Shown: positions 48,444 to 62,237, counted from the whole stretch's first letter. The stretch is 63,432 bases of DNA, filler included, from Octopus bimaculoides (GCF_001194135.2; 5 parts of 5 records of this genome joined end to end with filler, not necessarily neighbours in it), one strand, 5' to 3'. Notes: a model not told the origin generated them from the letters alone. A program made the numbers and translations.

Positions 48444-49089
48444 CGTGGGTGAGTGTGTGTGTGCGTTCGTGCGTGTGTTTGTGTGTGTGGTGTATAACAA
48501 CAGATGGATAATGGTCTGTTAATTATAGCTGTTTCCAGCGAGTTTATTATTGATGAATTGAGATTTTAAATCATGCGAAAAAAACCGTTTATATCAGGTA
48601 AATATACACCAATGATACATATAAAAAGCATCCAAACATCACCAGTTATTGCCACTTCATGATTCTCTAAATGAATTTGCTTGTTAAAGTGAGTTGTTAA
48701 TATAGGGAAAATATTACGTCGACAGGAAAGGAGGTGGAGAACATTAATAACAACAAGAGATTAGAAGAAGGGGTATAAAAATATTCAGTTCCATTTCTAA
48801 AAGTTAAGGTCATTTTATTTTATTTATAATCTTTAAGAGACTGGACGACAGAGTTCCAGGCAAAAGGCCTTAAAAGATAATGAGGAATGTGAGAGGGGGA
48901 GATATAAAATAGTGGGTGAGACCTTGATATCATTATCTGATTTCTGAGATAAGATTATTTTATTTCATACATATATATAATACATATATATATACATATA
49001 TATATATGTATATATATATATATACATATATACATACACACATATACATATATATATGTATATACATATATATATGTATATGTGTGTAT

Positions 49090-49189
49090 NNNNNNNNNNN
49101 NNNNNNNNNNNNNNNNNNNNNNNNNNNNNNNNNTTAATTAATTAANNNNNNNNNNNNNNNNNNNNNNNNNNNNNNNNNNNNNNNNNNNN
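49090..49189. other. Artificial scaffold-join spacer N44-TTAATTAATTAA-N44
   Basis: As above. Confidence 0.95.
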
Positions 49190-49234
<45 letters not shown>

Positions 49235-50504
49235 TACATACTGAATCTAAACGAAGAAGAACAAAAAAAAACGCGAGGACCTGGTACAAGTACTGTATTA
49301 TCAGACGCTCAGGAAAGGAAAGAGAGAGGGTTTTACGTTTCGAGCATATATATAAGTATGTATGTATGTATGTATGTACGTATGTATGTATGTATGTATG
49401 TATGTATGTATGTATGTATGTATGTATGTTTCGAGCATATATGTACGTGTTTGCGTGTCTGCATTTGTGTCTGCCCACCACCAGCTCCACCATTGCCACA
49501 TAACACCCGGTGTTTTGTGTACATCCTCGCAACTCGGCGGTTCGGCAAAAAAACTTGTAGAATAAGTCTCAGACTTAAAAAAGAAAAAGTACTATGATTG
49601 ATTTGTTCAACTAAAACCCTTTAACGCAAGGCGGTGCCACAGTTTGGCTGCAGTCCAATGACTGCAACAAGTGAAAGATAAGATACATTTAGTTTATGAA
49701 ATTGCCGAATGTGTCCTCAAATACCTCCCGCACCTTGTGTATATAAATATTTGTATGTATGTATGTATGTATGTATGTATGTATGTATGTATGTATATAT
49801 TGTGTGAAGACTATTGTTTTACATTTCTTAGTTACACTCTATTTAATGGACAGATGACAGAATTACTATAGAAAAATAAGCCGAATTTTCCTGTTTCTCT
49901 GCTCTTGCATACAATGCGAACAGGTTGTGGTCATGTAATTCAAACCCTCATTAACACTTTATAAAAGAAAAGTATTGTGTTCATGTGCACGTACAGTGGG
50001 TGTGTTTGTGTGTGTGAACGAGGACGGGAGATAGAAAAGTTTAGAGAGATAACTATCCAGAATACAGTTGAACTAGATTGTTTTAATAATGCAAATGAAG
50101 AATTTCTAACATGCGAAGCCCACCTCTGACTGATAACAGCACATTTTTCAACAAAATATCGCTTACAAAGTCTGTAAGGTGGAGTGAAATAATTTAAACA
50201 AATGGTTGCTGGGTTGTGCGTATGAAATTTTTGTGATGTTGGACTGTTGACACTTGATAAAAACAAATTAATGTGTCGAAAACCAACTTATCATATAACT
50301 CGAGACAATTTATCTACAGCAAAGTAAAACAATTTATTTCGCCCATGAAATGTGTGATAAAGTACGTGTGCTTTGAGAAATACCTTTTAAATCTACGTTT
50401 TCTAACTTTTTCAAACTTTTTTTTTCTAAAACTATGCTTTTCATTCGCAAATATCTACCACTGGATAAAGTTTAGACAGATTATACTCTTTTGATATTGC
50501 TTTC

Positions 50505-50715
50505 AAGTTTTGGTACAAGGCCAGCAATTTCGAGGGACGGACAGGTCGATTAGATCGACCCCAATGTTCAACTGCTACTTATATTATCGACCTCGAAAGG
50601 ATGAAAGGCAAAGTCGATATCAGCGGAATTTGAACTCAGAACGTAAAGACGGATGAAGTGCTGCAAAGGATTTTTTTGCCCGGTGTGCTAACGGTTCTGC
50701 CAACTCGCCGCCTTA
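50505..50715 (-). mobile_element. SINE family B
   Basis: Reverse-complement match. Confidence 0.82.
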
Positions 50716-51439
50716 TCTTGTAATATTAGTTTATTTTTCACAAGGCTTAAATGTCCTAATAATTTTAGGGAGAGGGTATAAATAGAGGTTGAGACGTACA
50801 TTTTTTCAAACAGCTTTCCTAGGGTAATATACATCTTCAACTAAGGATCTGAAGTTACCTTACAATAGTATTTAACTACGCTCCTTTCAGCTCTGATCGA
50901 ATTATGACGAAAACTAATGAAAAACATTCCATTTCCTCTTACCCTTAAAACAACAGAGCTTTTCTGCTTGCCAAATAAATTTAATATCTGTTGATTTTTA
51001 ACACTGGTAGAAGGTCACTACTTTAAAGTTAAGGATACATTTGATTAGATCGATCCTTATTGAAGTACTTATTAATCAAAAATCGTACCAGTCAAGTACT
51101 GGGGGATGGGGGGGGGTGATATAAATGATCATATACTTCCCACCTTGTAGAAATCAGTACTACTAATTACTGTGTAAGCTTCTATTTAATGCCAAGATTT
51201 TTGTAGAACATGATTTTCGACGCCTGCACACGGTTATTCAATCTGATGGAATAGCAGTCAAATCTCCATCAAATCCTTCCACGGAGCCTTAAATAAAGAA
51301 GAATACATCGAATGATATTGTCTGTATTATATAAAAAGACATGATTGTCAAGATTAAAATGCTTCTAGTCATAGGACCAACTGATCCTAGCTGACCTGAA
51401 GCTAAACAACGACAACAATAACGGGTTTTGTTGAAGGAA

Positions 51440-51660
51440 TGTTTAGTGTACTTCGTACCAAATGAAACAGAAGCACAGTCAGACTGACTACTTGAGGTAT
51501 TCCTTTTGAAAGAAGTTTAACATCAGAGACAATCATTGAGCATTGTTGACCAGGTCTTTGTGTGAGCTTCAAAGGACAGCCAGTATTATATTGAACATAC
51601 TGATTTCAACATCAGTGAGTGAGTGAATAGTATCAAATGATTGTTTTGAATGAAGCTGAC
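51440..51660 (-). mobile_element. Old CR1-like RT fragment
   Basis: Minus-strand VSDVKLLSKGIPQVVSLTVLLF resembles the SGVPQGSVLGPLLF motif. Confidence 0.4.
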
Positions 51661-52357
51661 TGTCGGAGTATTTCCCACTTCATTCATTTATTCTTTCTTT
51701 CTTTCTTTCTTTCTTTCATTTTCCCCCCTCCTCTTTCTTAGTTACTCCAATCCGCACACCTTTATTAATTAAATTAATAGGATGGTGTCAAACCATCTCG
51801 ATTACTGCAGAACGTTTTGAACAAGTACGCCGCAGAGGACAATCGACAAAGGCGAAAAACTAGCCAGTCAACCATGTCCATCTCTGTGCGAACATCATGC
51901 GCGAACATATGTTTTATGTATGAATCGGTTTTCTCGGTCGCCAAGAATAAATGGAAAACAAACGAGAAAGGGAAAGTAGAAACGATAAGTATACTAGAAA
52001 ACGAAGGCCGACCAATGACGAAGGTTAATTAGTAGATATTTTAACACTTCTCCAAACTTCTTTTTACTTGCCAGCTCATAAGTCGCTACTTTGAAAAAAT
52101 CGCGATGTTATTAGAGAACTCGATTGAGATAGTAAAACATCCATAATGCTAAAGCAAATAACGGGTTAGAAGTTTTTTTCTTTTTATTCTTGGCGACAAG
52201 ATTTGTCTGATATGGTAAGCGAATTTGTTATGTCAATCTGGTTTTCTATAATTCTTTTAAACACGAGAGTCTTTCTGCGGAGCAGACATGGGCAACATTT
52301 TCGAGATGAGCACCGAATGAGACATAGGCAGGCTGCACTAAAAAAAAAAAAAAAAAA

Positions 52358-52772
52358 TGGAGTGGCTGTGTGGTAAGTAGCTTGCTTATCAACCACATGG
52401 TTCCGGGTTCAGTCCCACTGCGTGGCATCTTGGGCAAGTGTCTACTACTATAGCCTCGGGCCGACCAAAGCTTTGTGAGTGGATTTGGTAGACGGAAACT
52501 GAAAGAAGCCCATCGTATATATGTATATATATATATATATATGTGTGTGTGTATGTTTGTGTGTCTGTGTTTGTCCTCCTAGCATTGCTTGACAACCGAT
52601 GCTGGTGTGTTTATGTCCCCGTCACTTAGCGGTTCGGCAAAAAGAGACCGATAGAATAAGTACTAGGCTTACAAAGAATAAGTCCTGGGGTCGATTTGCT
52701 CGACTAAATGCGGTGCTCCAGCATGGCCGCAGTCAAATGACTGAAACAAGTAAAAGAGTAAAAGAGTAAAAG
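52358..52772 (+). mobile_element. SINE family A, full length
   Basis: Near-identical to other copies; preceded by poly-A. Confidence 0.92.
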
Positions 52773-53039
52773 AATTCAAGATAATCTTTTTGTTAGCGTG
52801 TCATTCAGAAAATCCCGCGGGTCGCAGTTTGCCAATGACTACTGTAGAGCATCGACATCAACTATTAAATCTCTTTATGGTATTTTATATTTATGCAACT
52901 TTCCCGAGGAATTTAGATACAGTTCCAGAGTGAATTATGATGCATATTTTACTGTCAATATTGGTAGGATGTTTCTTCCTAATTATATTCAACCATGGTG
53001 CATTATAGTTTAAATCCTTCTTTTCATTCTAGATCTAAC

Positions 53040-53105
53040 AAAAGAACCCCTTCCTCAAGATCTAAAGGAGCCACTTCCTCTAGATCTTGAGAAAGGGGTT
53101 CTTTT
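53040..53105. other. 31-bp near-perfect hairpin with 4-nt loop
   Basis: AAAAGAACCCCTTCCTCAAGATCTAAAGGAG-CCAC-TTCCTCTAGATCTTGAGAAAGGGGTTCTTTT; 2 mismatches and 1 GU. Confidence 0.85.
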
Positions 53106-53553
53106 TACTGAAGTATTGTTTTCTTTCAGCCGCCTCTGGCATACAAATTATGGGTTAGAAATAAAGCTGTACTAAATGCTAGATCGCTAAAGGTGTTTTC
53201 TTTTTTATATAGAAGATTTTCTTTGATCGTCTTGAGACCATGCTTTAAAGTTATTAATTTTCCCCTCAAATCCTGAAGCGGAGAGTCTCCATTCATTTTA
53301 ATAATTTTCATTTTCTAAGCCAATGTGTATGAACTTAATATTCATCTCGTACATAATTATGGTATCTAAATGCCCGATTCTGTGAGGGAGATCGTTGATA
53401 TTTTCCTATTGCTTTGTTATTCATTTAAGTGGCTAATGGTGAGTTATTTCAGTTTGTTCAGTTTTATTTCAAGATTTCTTGCCAATAGAGAAAGAGCTGG
53501 TTTCTAGCCTAGATTTAAGACTCCTTCATTGGAATTTCAACATCAACAACAGG

Positions 53554-55090
53554 GTATGTATGTATGTATGTATGTATGTGCAGATTTGTATGTTTTATGT
53601 ATGTATTCTCATGCATATAGCCCCATATCTAGACATGCACATATATATTTAAATGATAAAGTTCTGGAAAGTTTTACAGATTTTTACAGTTCCAGTGATG
53701 GATTGGATCTGTAGTCTTCGAATTAGCTTTCTCCTTTCTGGTTTTGAGAAGCCTAATATCTCAAAATTGGTATTTAGTCAGTGTGTTACATATCTCAGGG
53801 CCCCAATAATAACAGGTATAAACCTGAACTTGTAATCTGGATAGTGTAACTGCAGATTTCTCAATAGTTCAGCGTAGGTATTCGCTTTTTCACTGATCTT
53901 CAGCTTTGTGTTAACATCCGCTGGGCAGCTAATTTCCACAACTGTGCACAGTTTCTCTTCTCTATCCCAAATCATTATATCAGGTCTATTGTGCTTACAT
54001 TTTTATTGAGGTTTTCACTAGAACACTCCACCAGCACTCCTTTTTATTATGAGTGGTTATGGCTCCTGCCATACTGTGGGTTTTTATTTTTGTTCTCGGT
54101 ATTATCTTTCCGACGGATTTCATTATAAAATGTCCTAGCTACAGCACCATGTCTCAACGGTAGATAATACCGTGATGACATTTTCGGACAACTGCTAATG
54201 ATGTGGGTGATATCTTCGGTGTTAACTCCACAAAGTCTGCACCGGTTGTCACATTTTACTACTTTTCCTGCATCTCTGTCCCTTTTGTGTATCAGGTACT
54301 TGGTTGATATTTCCTGTTCCTGGATTGCAAACACATACCCTTCAGAGTGGGAGGTAGTAATCCGGCTATTCGTCTATGATAAACTGCTTTGATGATCAAT
54401 GTTACTATCATCTCGGAGCTTTCTATTAACATATCCATGCATAGACTTTTGCTCACATAGGCTCACCCTTTCATCTGATGATACGTTGCGGTAGAGACGT
54501 GCGATTTATTTGAGCACGTATTCTAGGTTACCAGACAAACGATGTTGTTCAAGGGGCTGCCTTCCAAGTCTTATGATGTTATCAGCTTCATGTATGCAAA
54601 TTTGATCAAGGGATGCACTTCGGCACTTGGTGGTTAAAAGACTTTGTCGAAGGGATATGATATGATATTCAAAGGCATTTTAGATCGATGTTAAGCCTCT
54701 GCCGCCTTGTTTTCGTTTTAGGTAGTGGCCGTCTACGTCACTGTTTATGTGGAAATTATGTTTGCTTGTTTGTATTTTTCGGGTCGGATCTCATCAAGTG
54801 TCCAATCAAGCAGCCCAAATGTTGGCATGAGTATTGGCACTGCGAACACATTGCGGGCCACTGTTTTATTTAATGCTGAGAGCTCTGAGGTCCAAATTTT
54901 GTTTATTCAGCTGTAATACTCTTTAGTGACATGTGCTTTGTTACAGGTACCATTGTAAGATATGTTTTCATCCACCCCTAGATACCTGTAACATTCCTCG
55001 TCAGATATAGGGGAAACAGTCAAATCATTGATGGAGATGCTGCTAGTCTGGTTTATAGTTACCCCCTTTTCACAACCATATAATAACATT
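53554..55090 (-). mobile_element. R4/Dong-like RLE retrotransposon, 5'-truncated copy 2
   Basis: CRLCGVNTEDITHIISSC...RHGAVA; RPDIMIWDREEKLCTVVEISCPAD; YRYLGVDEN at the RT end; collinear with copy 1. Confidence 0.88.
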
Positions 55091-55264
55091 TACATATGCA
55101 TGTATGTCTGTATGTATGTCTGTATGTATGTCTGTATGTATGTCTGTATGTATGTATGTATGTATGTATGTGTGTGTGTATGTATGCATGTATGTATGTA
55201 TGTATGTATGTATGTATGTGTGTATGTATGTATGTCTGTCTGTCTGTCTGTCTGTATGTATGTA

Positions 55265-55295
<31 letters not shown>

Positions 55296-55514
55296 ATGTA
55301 TGTATGTGTGTGTGTATGTATGTATGTATGTCTGTCTGTATGTATGTATGTGTGTATGTATGTCTGTCTGTCTGTCTGTATGTCTGTATGTATGTATGTC
55401 TGTATGTATGTATGTATGTATGTATGTATGTATGTGTGTATGTATGTATGTATGTATGTATGTATGTGTGTGTGTATGTATGTATGTATGTATGTATGTA
55501 TGTATGTATGTATG
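55090..55514. repeat. (TATG)n/(TCTG)n/(TG)n compound microsatellite
   Basis: Direct reading. Confidence 0.97.
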
Positions 55515-56091
55515 TCGTCTGTTCTTTTAATCTGGCGAGGCCCATCCTTTTTCAGGTCTGATTATAGCCGGTTTATTCTAGAAAGTGAGAGAAAATGTGA
55601 GAGCGTGAGGTGTGGTGGTAGTGGTGGTGATGAGTCGGGGGGAGAGAATCGACTCCAGTACTGCACTGGTATTTTAATTAACCATTCCGACAAGCAAAGG
55701 TATGTGTACAAAATTTATGATTATAGATGTAGATGTAATAGCCTAATTGTAAGTAATGCATGTATAGTGTACTCTGTATTATCTGTCTATTTACGTATGT
55801 GCGCGCGCGCGTGCTATTATAAACTAGTAAAGTTTATTAATTCATTTGTCGCTCAATAAAACTGTCATTCTATATATCGAGCTATTATTATAATTACAGA
55901 CAAACGTTATTAGAACTATCGACTGATTATATCAGCTATTGAAATAGCAAAAAATCTCACGTGACTATGTAACGGCCATTGTAATATGACATTTTAACAA
56001 CTTAGCGACATAAAGATGCATACGAAGAAGTTATAGTAACAGCAATAACAATAACGACGATGATCACCACCACCACCGCCACCGCCACCAC

Positions 56092-56212
<121 letters not shown>

Positions 56213-56837
56213 TCGGTTTTGTAGCCATTTTGTTGGTCCTACTGCCAGTCAATTAGCAATGCGAGTATGTCTAGTATTCTGACATTGTTATTATATGACT
56301 TACTCAAAATCAGCTTCACGTTATAACTCGACCTGCTTGAAATAGCAGCCAAATCTCATTTTATTATCTTTAACAATGGGAAGCTATATTGAGTCCACTC
56401 GTTGACGCTGCATCGAAGAGGCCAGGGAACGGAAGAAAGAAGACATGCACTCAACACCAGAGCTGAAGACACCTCCGAAAGTTGGGGGGGGGGGAAGGCC
56501 CGCCACGTCAAAACGGTAGAGGAGTAGGGGCCGAAACCGGACGTGGCTCCTCCTGATGATGTCTTGAGCTTACTGGATCCTATAAAGGAGCTGTTGTGGT
56601 AGCAGATCACGAAACATGGTTGAAATTCCTCCCCAGATATACCTACAGCCGAAGAAAGAAGGACGGTTAAGTTTGAAATGTCTAGGATCAAAAGTCTACT
56701 CGATCGGAGCTAAGCTGGGATTAAATGACAACGAATGTCATTTCTGTATATGTATTGCAAGAAGGATAGAGTTTGGGACTAAATGCCGTCCATGATTTAT
56801 TTACATCCTTTTATGCTTCATCTATTTTTTATCGCTT

Positions 56838-57200
56838 ACTTGTTCCAGTCATTGGACTGCAGCCATGTTGAGGTTCCAACTTGAAGGGTTTAGTTGAACA
56901 AATTGACCCCAGTACTTATTTCTCTCTCTCTCTTTTATTAAGTACGGCAATTATTTTATCGTTCCCTTTTTGCCGAACCTCTAAGTTATGGGGACGCAAA
57001 CAAATCAATAGCGATTGTCAAGCAGTGGAGAAGACAAACACGCACGCACGCACGCACGCACGCACACACACATGATGGGCTTCCAAACAGCTTCCGTCGA
57101 GAAAAGTTCAATCACAGAGCATTGGTCGACCTGGGACTACAGTAGAAGACACTTACCTAAGGTGCCGCGCAGTAGGACTGAACCCCAAAATACGTGGATG
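56838..57200 (-). mobile_element. SINE family A, older copy
   Basis: Reverse complement, diverged. Confidence 0.75.
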
Positions 57201-57539
57201 CAAAAAGAGTTTCTTTACGCTTTTAATTTCAAATCCCACTGGGGTTGATTTGCCTTTCAGTTTTCCTGTCTGCCTATTATATTTCTTCATGCAGAGTGTT
57301 AATATAATTTTTACTTACACAGTTGTGTATTGAAGTTTGTGTAATTATTTTAAACTATTTAAATTTCACCCACTGACGTTCACAATTCAAATCTGCATTA
57401 CATTCTGTCGAGACCGACAATATAATAAAATCTGAAAGTCCAGTGTGTCGCAGTTTGCCTGTAGCTTCTTTACACGTTTGTGAATTATAGCCTGGTGCCT
57501 AATGAAAACAAATTAATATTATTTGAAACTTTAGGACAG

Positions 57540-57730
57540 CGTGATGGCAGAATTGTTAGCACGTCGGGCAAAATGCTTAGCGGTTTGTTTTTACGTTCTG
57601 AGTCCAAATTCTGTCGAGGTCGACTTTGCCTTTCATCCTTTCAGGGACGATAAAATAAGTACCAGTCAATCACTGGGGTCGACTCTCCCCCTACCCCAAT
57701 ATTTCAAGCTTTGTGCCTATAGTAAAATGG
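57540..57730 (+). mobile_element. SINE family B
   Basis: Matches 22997-23215. Confidence 0.82.
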
Positions 57731-58071
57731 ACTATTATTTGCAACTACCTATCATCTGGAAATTGATCGATAAACTGATATATCTGTGACGTGATACTGT
57801 CTTCAAAGAAAGCTTCTAAGATGTTTCAATGTCACTGTTGGAACAGAAGCTAAAAATATTTAATAAACAGAAACAGACCAGAAGAAAGTTGTTTACACTT
57901 CCATTGATTAAGACTGAGTTCAAAGTGTATTAAAGGTAACATCTAATTTCAGTTTACGTTTGTACATTAAGTAGTTGAAATTAGAAGGAACACAGACATA
58001 TATTGGTTTCACAAAACAAAAGATTTACTTCACAAACATAAAACATAAAAATTACAAAATAAATAAATAGG

Positions 58072-58462
58072 CGCATGCGTGGCTGTGTGATAAGAAGCTT
58101 GCTTCCCAATCACATGGTTCCAGGTTCAGTCCCACTGCGTGGCATCATGGGCAAGTGTCTTATACTATATCCTCGGGCCGACCAAGGCCTTGTGAGTGGA
58201 TTTGGTAGACGGAAACTGAAAGAAACTCGTTGTATAAATGTATATGTTTATGTTTGTGTATGTGTGTGTCTGTGTTTGTCCCGCACCATCACTTGACAAC
58301 CGATGTTGGTGTGTTCACGCTCCCGTAACTTAGTGGTTCGGCAGAAAAGACCGATAGAATAAGCACCAGACTTACAAAGAATAAGTCCCGGGGTCGATTT
58401 CTTCGACTAAAAGGCGGTACTCCAACATGGCCATAGTCAAATGAGTGAAACAAGTAAAAGAA
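58072..58462 (+). mobile_element. SINE family A, full length
   Basis: Same head, core and tail. Confidence 0.9.
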
Positions 58463-58504
58463 TGAAATAAATAATTTGCGCCAGAAATGCAAATATCTTG
58501 GCTT

Positions 58505-58712
58505 CACGAACACTGGTTTCAAATTTTGGCACAAAGCCAGCAAGTTCGGGGGAGGGATTACATCGACCCCACTGTTCAACTGGTACTTATTTTATCGACC
58601 TCGAAACCTCGAGAGGTTGATAGGCAAAGTCGACCCAGGTGGCATTTGAACTCAGTACGTAAAATCGGACAAAATACCGCTAGGCATTTTACTAACGATT
58701 CCGCCAGCTCAC
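58505..58712 (-). mobile_element. SINE family B
   Basis: Reverse-complement match. Confidence 0.8.
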
Positions 58713-59134
58713 CGTCTTACAAACAGAAAATATTGGCTTGAGAAAATAAAAGTGTGGTTTTACATCAGAAAACAAAGTTATATGGATGAGAAGCAGACGA
58801 GAGAAAAACAAAACCTATTAAAAATTAAAATTGTAATTTTACGGGCTACACTTTCAGTGGTTAAGTCCCGTAAGTGACATTCAAATAAATAACTTCAAGG
58901 CATGAATGTGCCAATATTTTCTAGAGTAATTATTTTAAAAGAAGTGAAACATTATTGAGTAAAAAAGTGAAACTTTTCCATTGAAATGCAATATTTCAGT
59001 TTGTATTCTCTATGCAGATTTATGGGGAAACTGATATCTTCCTGACATATAAGAAATATTTAATGAAATTTGTATTAAATAAGGAATTACTTTATTTGGC
59101 AGAATAGTCTGGTTTTTCTGCATTAACTGACATC

Positions 59135-59480
59135 TTTTATGGTAATAATTGGCTTCAAATGTTGGAACAAGACCAGCAGTTTTGGGAGAGGGGCCAAGTT
59201 GATTACATCGACCTCAGTGTTCGACTGGTATTTATAATTATCGAACTCGAAAGGATGAAAAGCAAAATTAACCTCGGCAGAATTTGAACTCAGAACGTAA
59301 GGACAAACGGAATGCCGCAAGGTATTTAGTCGATTACATTGACCCCCAACGCGTACTTCTGTTATTGACCCCGAAAAGATGAAAGCAAAGTCGACTTCGG
59401 CTGAATTTGAACTCAGAATGTAAAGACGAAGTGTCATTGAACTTCCCCACTCCCCAGCTAACGATTCTACCAACTTCCCG
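59135..59480 (-). mobile_element. SINE family B, compound (two partial units)
   Basis: Core CGAAAGGATGAAA...GAATTTGAACTCAGAA occurs twice. Confidence 0.75.
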
Positions 59481-60834
59481 CCGTACCATTTAACACTAAA
59501 AATTGAGATGTCAATTGAACCTGTTTTTATTACCTACGAGTAAAAGTGAAAGCAATCTTCTTTTTCTTTTCTGAAAATAAAAAGTAACAATTTTCTACTT
59601 CAAATCAAGTGTCATAGAAATTGACGTCAGACATATGACCTAATGTCACACGCAGAGAGGTATTTTAATATCTAAGATATAATTCAAAACAAAAATTATA
59701 TGTAGACGTCATAAAAAAAAAAGAAGTGAACTGTCACAGCCAGTATTGTGCAGCTTAACTTAGTTACACCCTACGGACAAAGCATTGCTGCGAAGACCAG
59801 CCAGTAATATCCGTTGCATGAATCAATCCATTTCATGAGGACTTCTTTCTCTGGCGTGACCCTTTCATCCTAATTTGACAGAGGAGAGCAGTAGTCTGGG
59901 ACCGAGGAGAATGAATCTCAAAAGCGACTGGTACAAACATCTATTGTCCATTAATGATTAATGTTCAGTTTTCTTCTGCTTCTTTGTATTAGGGGCGATA
60001 GCTCTCAGATTTATGGCCGAAGCGACAGGGTTGACAATGGAGAATGCTAACTTGATAAATTATATCACTCAAATGCACATATAGGACTCATTTGCTAATG
60101 TTTTTACACAACATTAACAACCATAACTGTGCTATTATTAATGTTCTTCTCTTACACATTTCTATTATTATGAGAAATAATGATAACTGGGTAAATTGAA
60201 GTTGCAACTGTTTATGTTTATGGCTATAGGGAGACTCACTGCCAGATTAAAAGTCGTTGCTTGGTATCCCAGCACCGAAGTGTCGATGGTGGATACAAAC
60301 CATCGACTGCTGAATTACACCAAAAAAATTAAATCAGCCTTGCACGGTCTCTCAACCTGATAAAAACAGCAACATAATCTCCTTCAAATTCCATCATACT
60401 ATATTGTCCTAGACACTGAATCTGATAACCATCCCATTCCAGAAACAGAGGGGAAGATGACAGCTTTAATGTCTTTTGGTCATAGGCCTACTTAATTGTA
60501 TCTAACTTGGGACAAAGCAACAGCAGCACCAATAGCTCTCATTAGCTATCAGTAAATACGTTATTGTTGCTTTTGGTTTAGCCTCCAGATCAATACTAAT
60601 TGAGTAGACTTATTGTCAAAATTACTCCCGCAGTGAACATTCCATCGTTCTGTATATCGGCAATTACGTTGCCCAATATGTCCTTTTAAAAGACTATATG
60701 GTTCACCTGTATAAGATTTGATGGTTATTTCTAGCAGGTAGCGCGACCACGTACATAATCTCTCAAGTGGGCATAGTTTAGCATAGCATATCCTCATCTT
60801 AATTATAATCGTGCTAATGTAAGTATATCTGAAG

Positions 60835-61150
60835 GCGCATGGCTCAGTGGTTAGAGCGTCGGGCTCATCGTCATGAGGCAGTGAGTTCGACTCTCGGACT
60901 GGGCTGTATGTTGTGTTCTTGGGCAAGGCACTTTATTTCACGTTGCTCCAGCTGTAGAAATGAGTTGCAATGTCACAGGTGCCAAGCTGTATCGGCTTTT
61001 GCCTTTCCCTTGGATAACATGGGTGGCGTGGAGAGGGGAGGCATGGGGTACTGCTGGTCTTCCATAAACAAACTTGCCCGGACTTGTGCCGCGAAGGGTA
61101 ACTTTCTAGGTGCAATCTCATGGTTGTTCATGACCGAAGGGGGTCTTCAT
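60835..61150 (+). mobile_element. tRNA-derived SINE family C, full length
   Basis: TGGCTCAGTGGTTAGAGC A-box, GAGTTCGA B-box, TGTGTTCTTG.GCAAG core; other copies at 33262-33572(-), 26460-26622 and 23383-23520. Confidence 0.88.
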
Positions 61151-61267
61151 ATGCCATAGTAACACTGACACGTCTTTTTCCCACTACCTATTAGACATAC
61201 TCAAAGCAAGTCATACTTCACACTTGCACTTACACCAATCATATCACTGAAGGAATGATGTAAAAAC

Positions 61268-61303
<36 letters not shown>

Positions 61304-61539
61304 CTGCTTCTTGACAGATGAAAGTATCACTTGGTGGTCTACTTGCTACATGGATGCGTAACAATGATTTAATCCATGTAAGGTGATAATAATGCATATC
61401 AGCTGGTCTCTCTGCTCAACAAGGGAGCTTCTGCATGGTCTCTGAATCTGCTGGAAATCTCTTGCAAATCACACTCTGCCGTTTTAAATGAAGGACATAT
61501 GGAACAACGTAGTCCCTGATGTACAAAAAAAAAAAAAAA

Positions 61540-61639
61540 NNNNNNNNNNNNNNNNNNNNNNNNNNNNNNNNNNNNNNNNNNNNTTAATTAATTAANNNNN
61601 NNNNNNNNNNNNNNNNNNNNNNNNNNNNNNNNNNNNNNN
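61540..61639. other. Artificial scaffold-join spacer N44-TTAATTAATTAA-N44
   Basis: As above. Confidence 0.95.
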
Positions 61640-62237
61640 TATATATATATATATATACACATGTGCATGCACACACATACACACACACGTCTATACATAA
61701 CTGTCGGACAGTAGAAATGAGTGATCAAGACTGCATTGGTGGTTGAAGTTTCTTTATTTGTGAGTTAAGGCTACCATTGGTTTCATGTTATGAAAAGTTG
61801 CTAAGATATTAAGAAATTTTTCTGGACATGAAACCAATGGTACCCTTAATACACAAACACATACACACACACACACTCACACACACACAAACGCTTATAT
61901 ATGGCAGGAAATGGAATGTGATCCAATACACAGCTGCTGCTGGATCATAATCATCTATGTAATTATTTATAAAATAATTTATATGATGGCATGGGACTGA
62001 AAACTCAGCAATTTGCAGCTGTTGCCACTGCACAGAGACAAATGTAATTTGTAATTAAAACCTGTTCATTCCCTCTTCTTGCTCTATAAATTTTTATATA
62101 AATTCTATACACTAATTGAGTACCACATGTATATCCACTAAAAGGAGTAATCCTGCTGTACGATGGTATATGATAGCCAATAACTGTATATAAGCTTTTA
62201 AATCCACCTTATGAGGTTATTACCTAGATAATATTGA

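Noticed and set aside
51938-52197. 14-bp inverted match TCGCCAAGAATAAA as TIRs
   Set aside because: No TSD, no second copy, and the match is not terminal to a definable element.
60835-60900. tRNA genes at SINE heads
   Set aside because: Only A/B boxes are retained, with no cloverleaf or acceptor stem, and they continue into SINE bodies.
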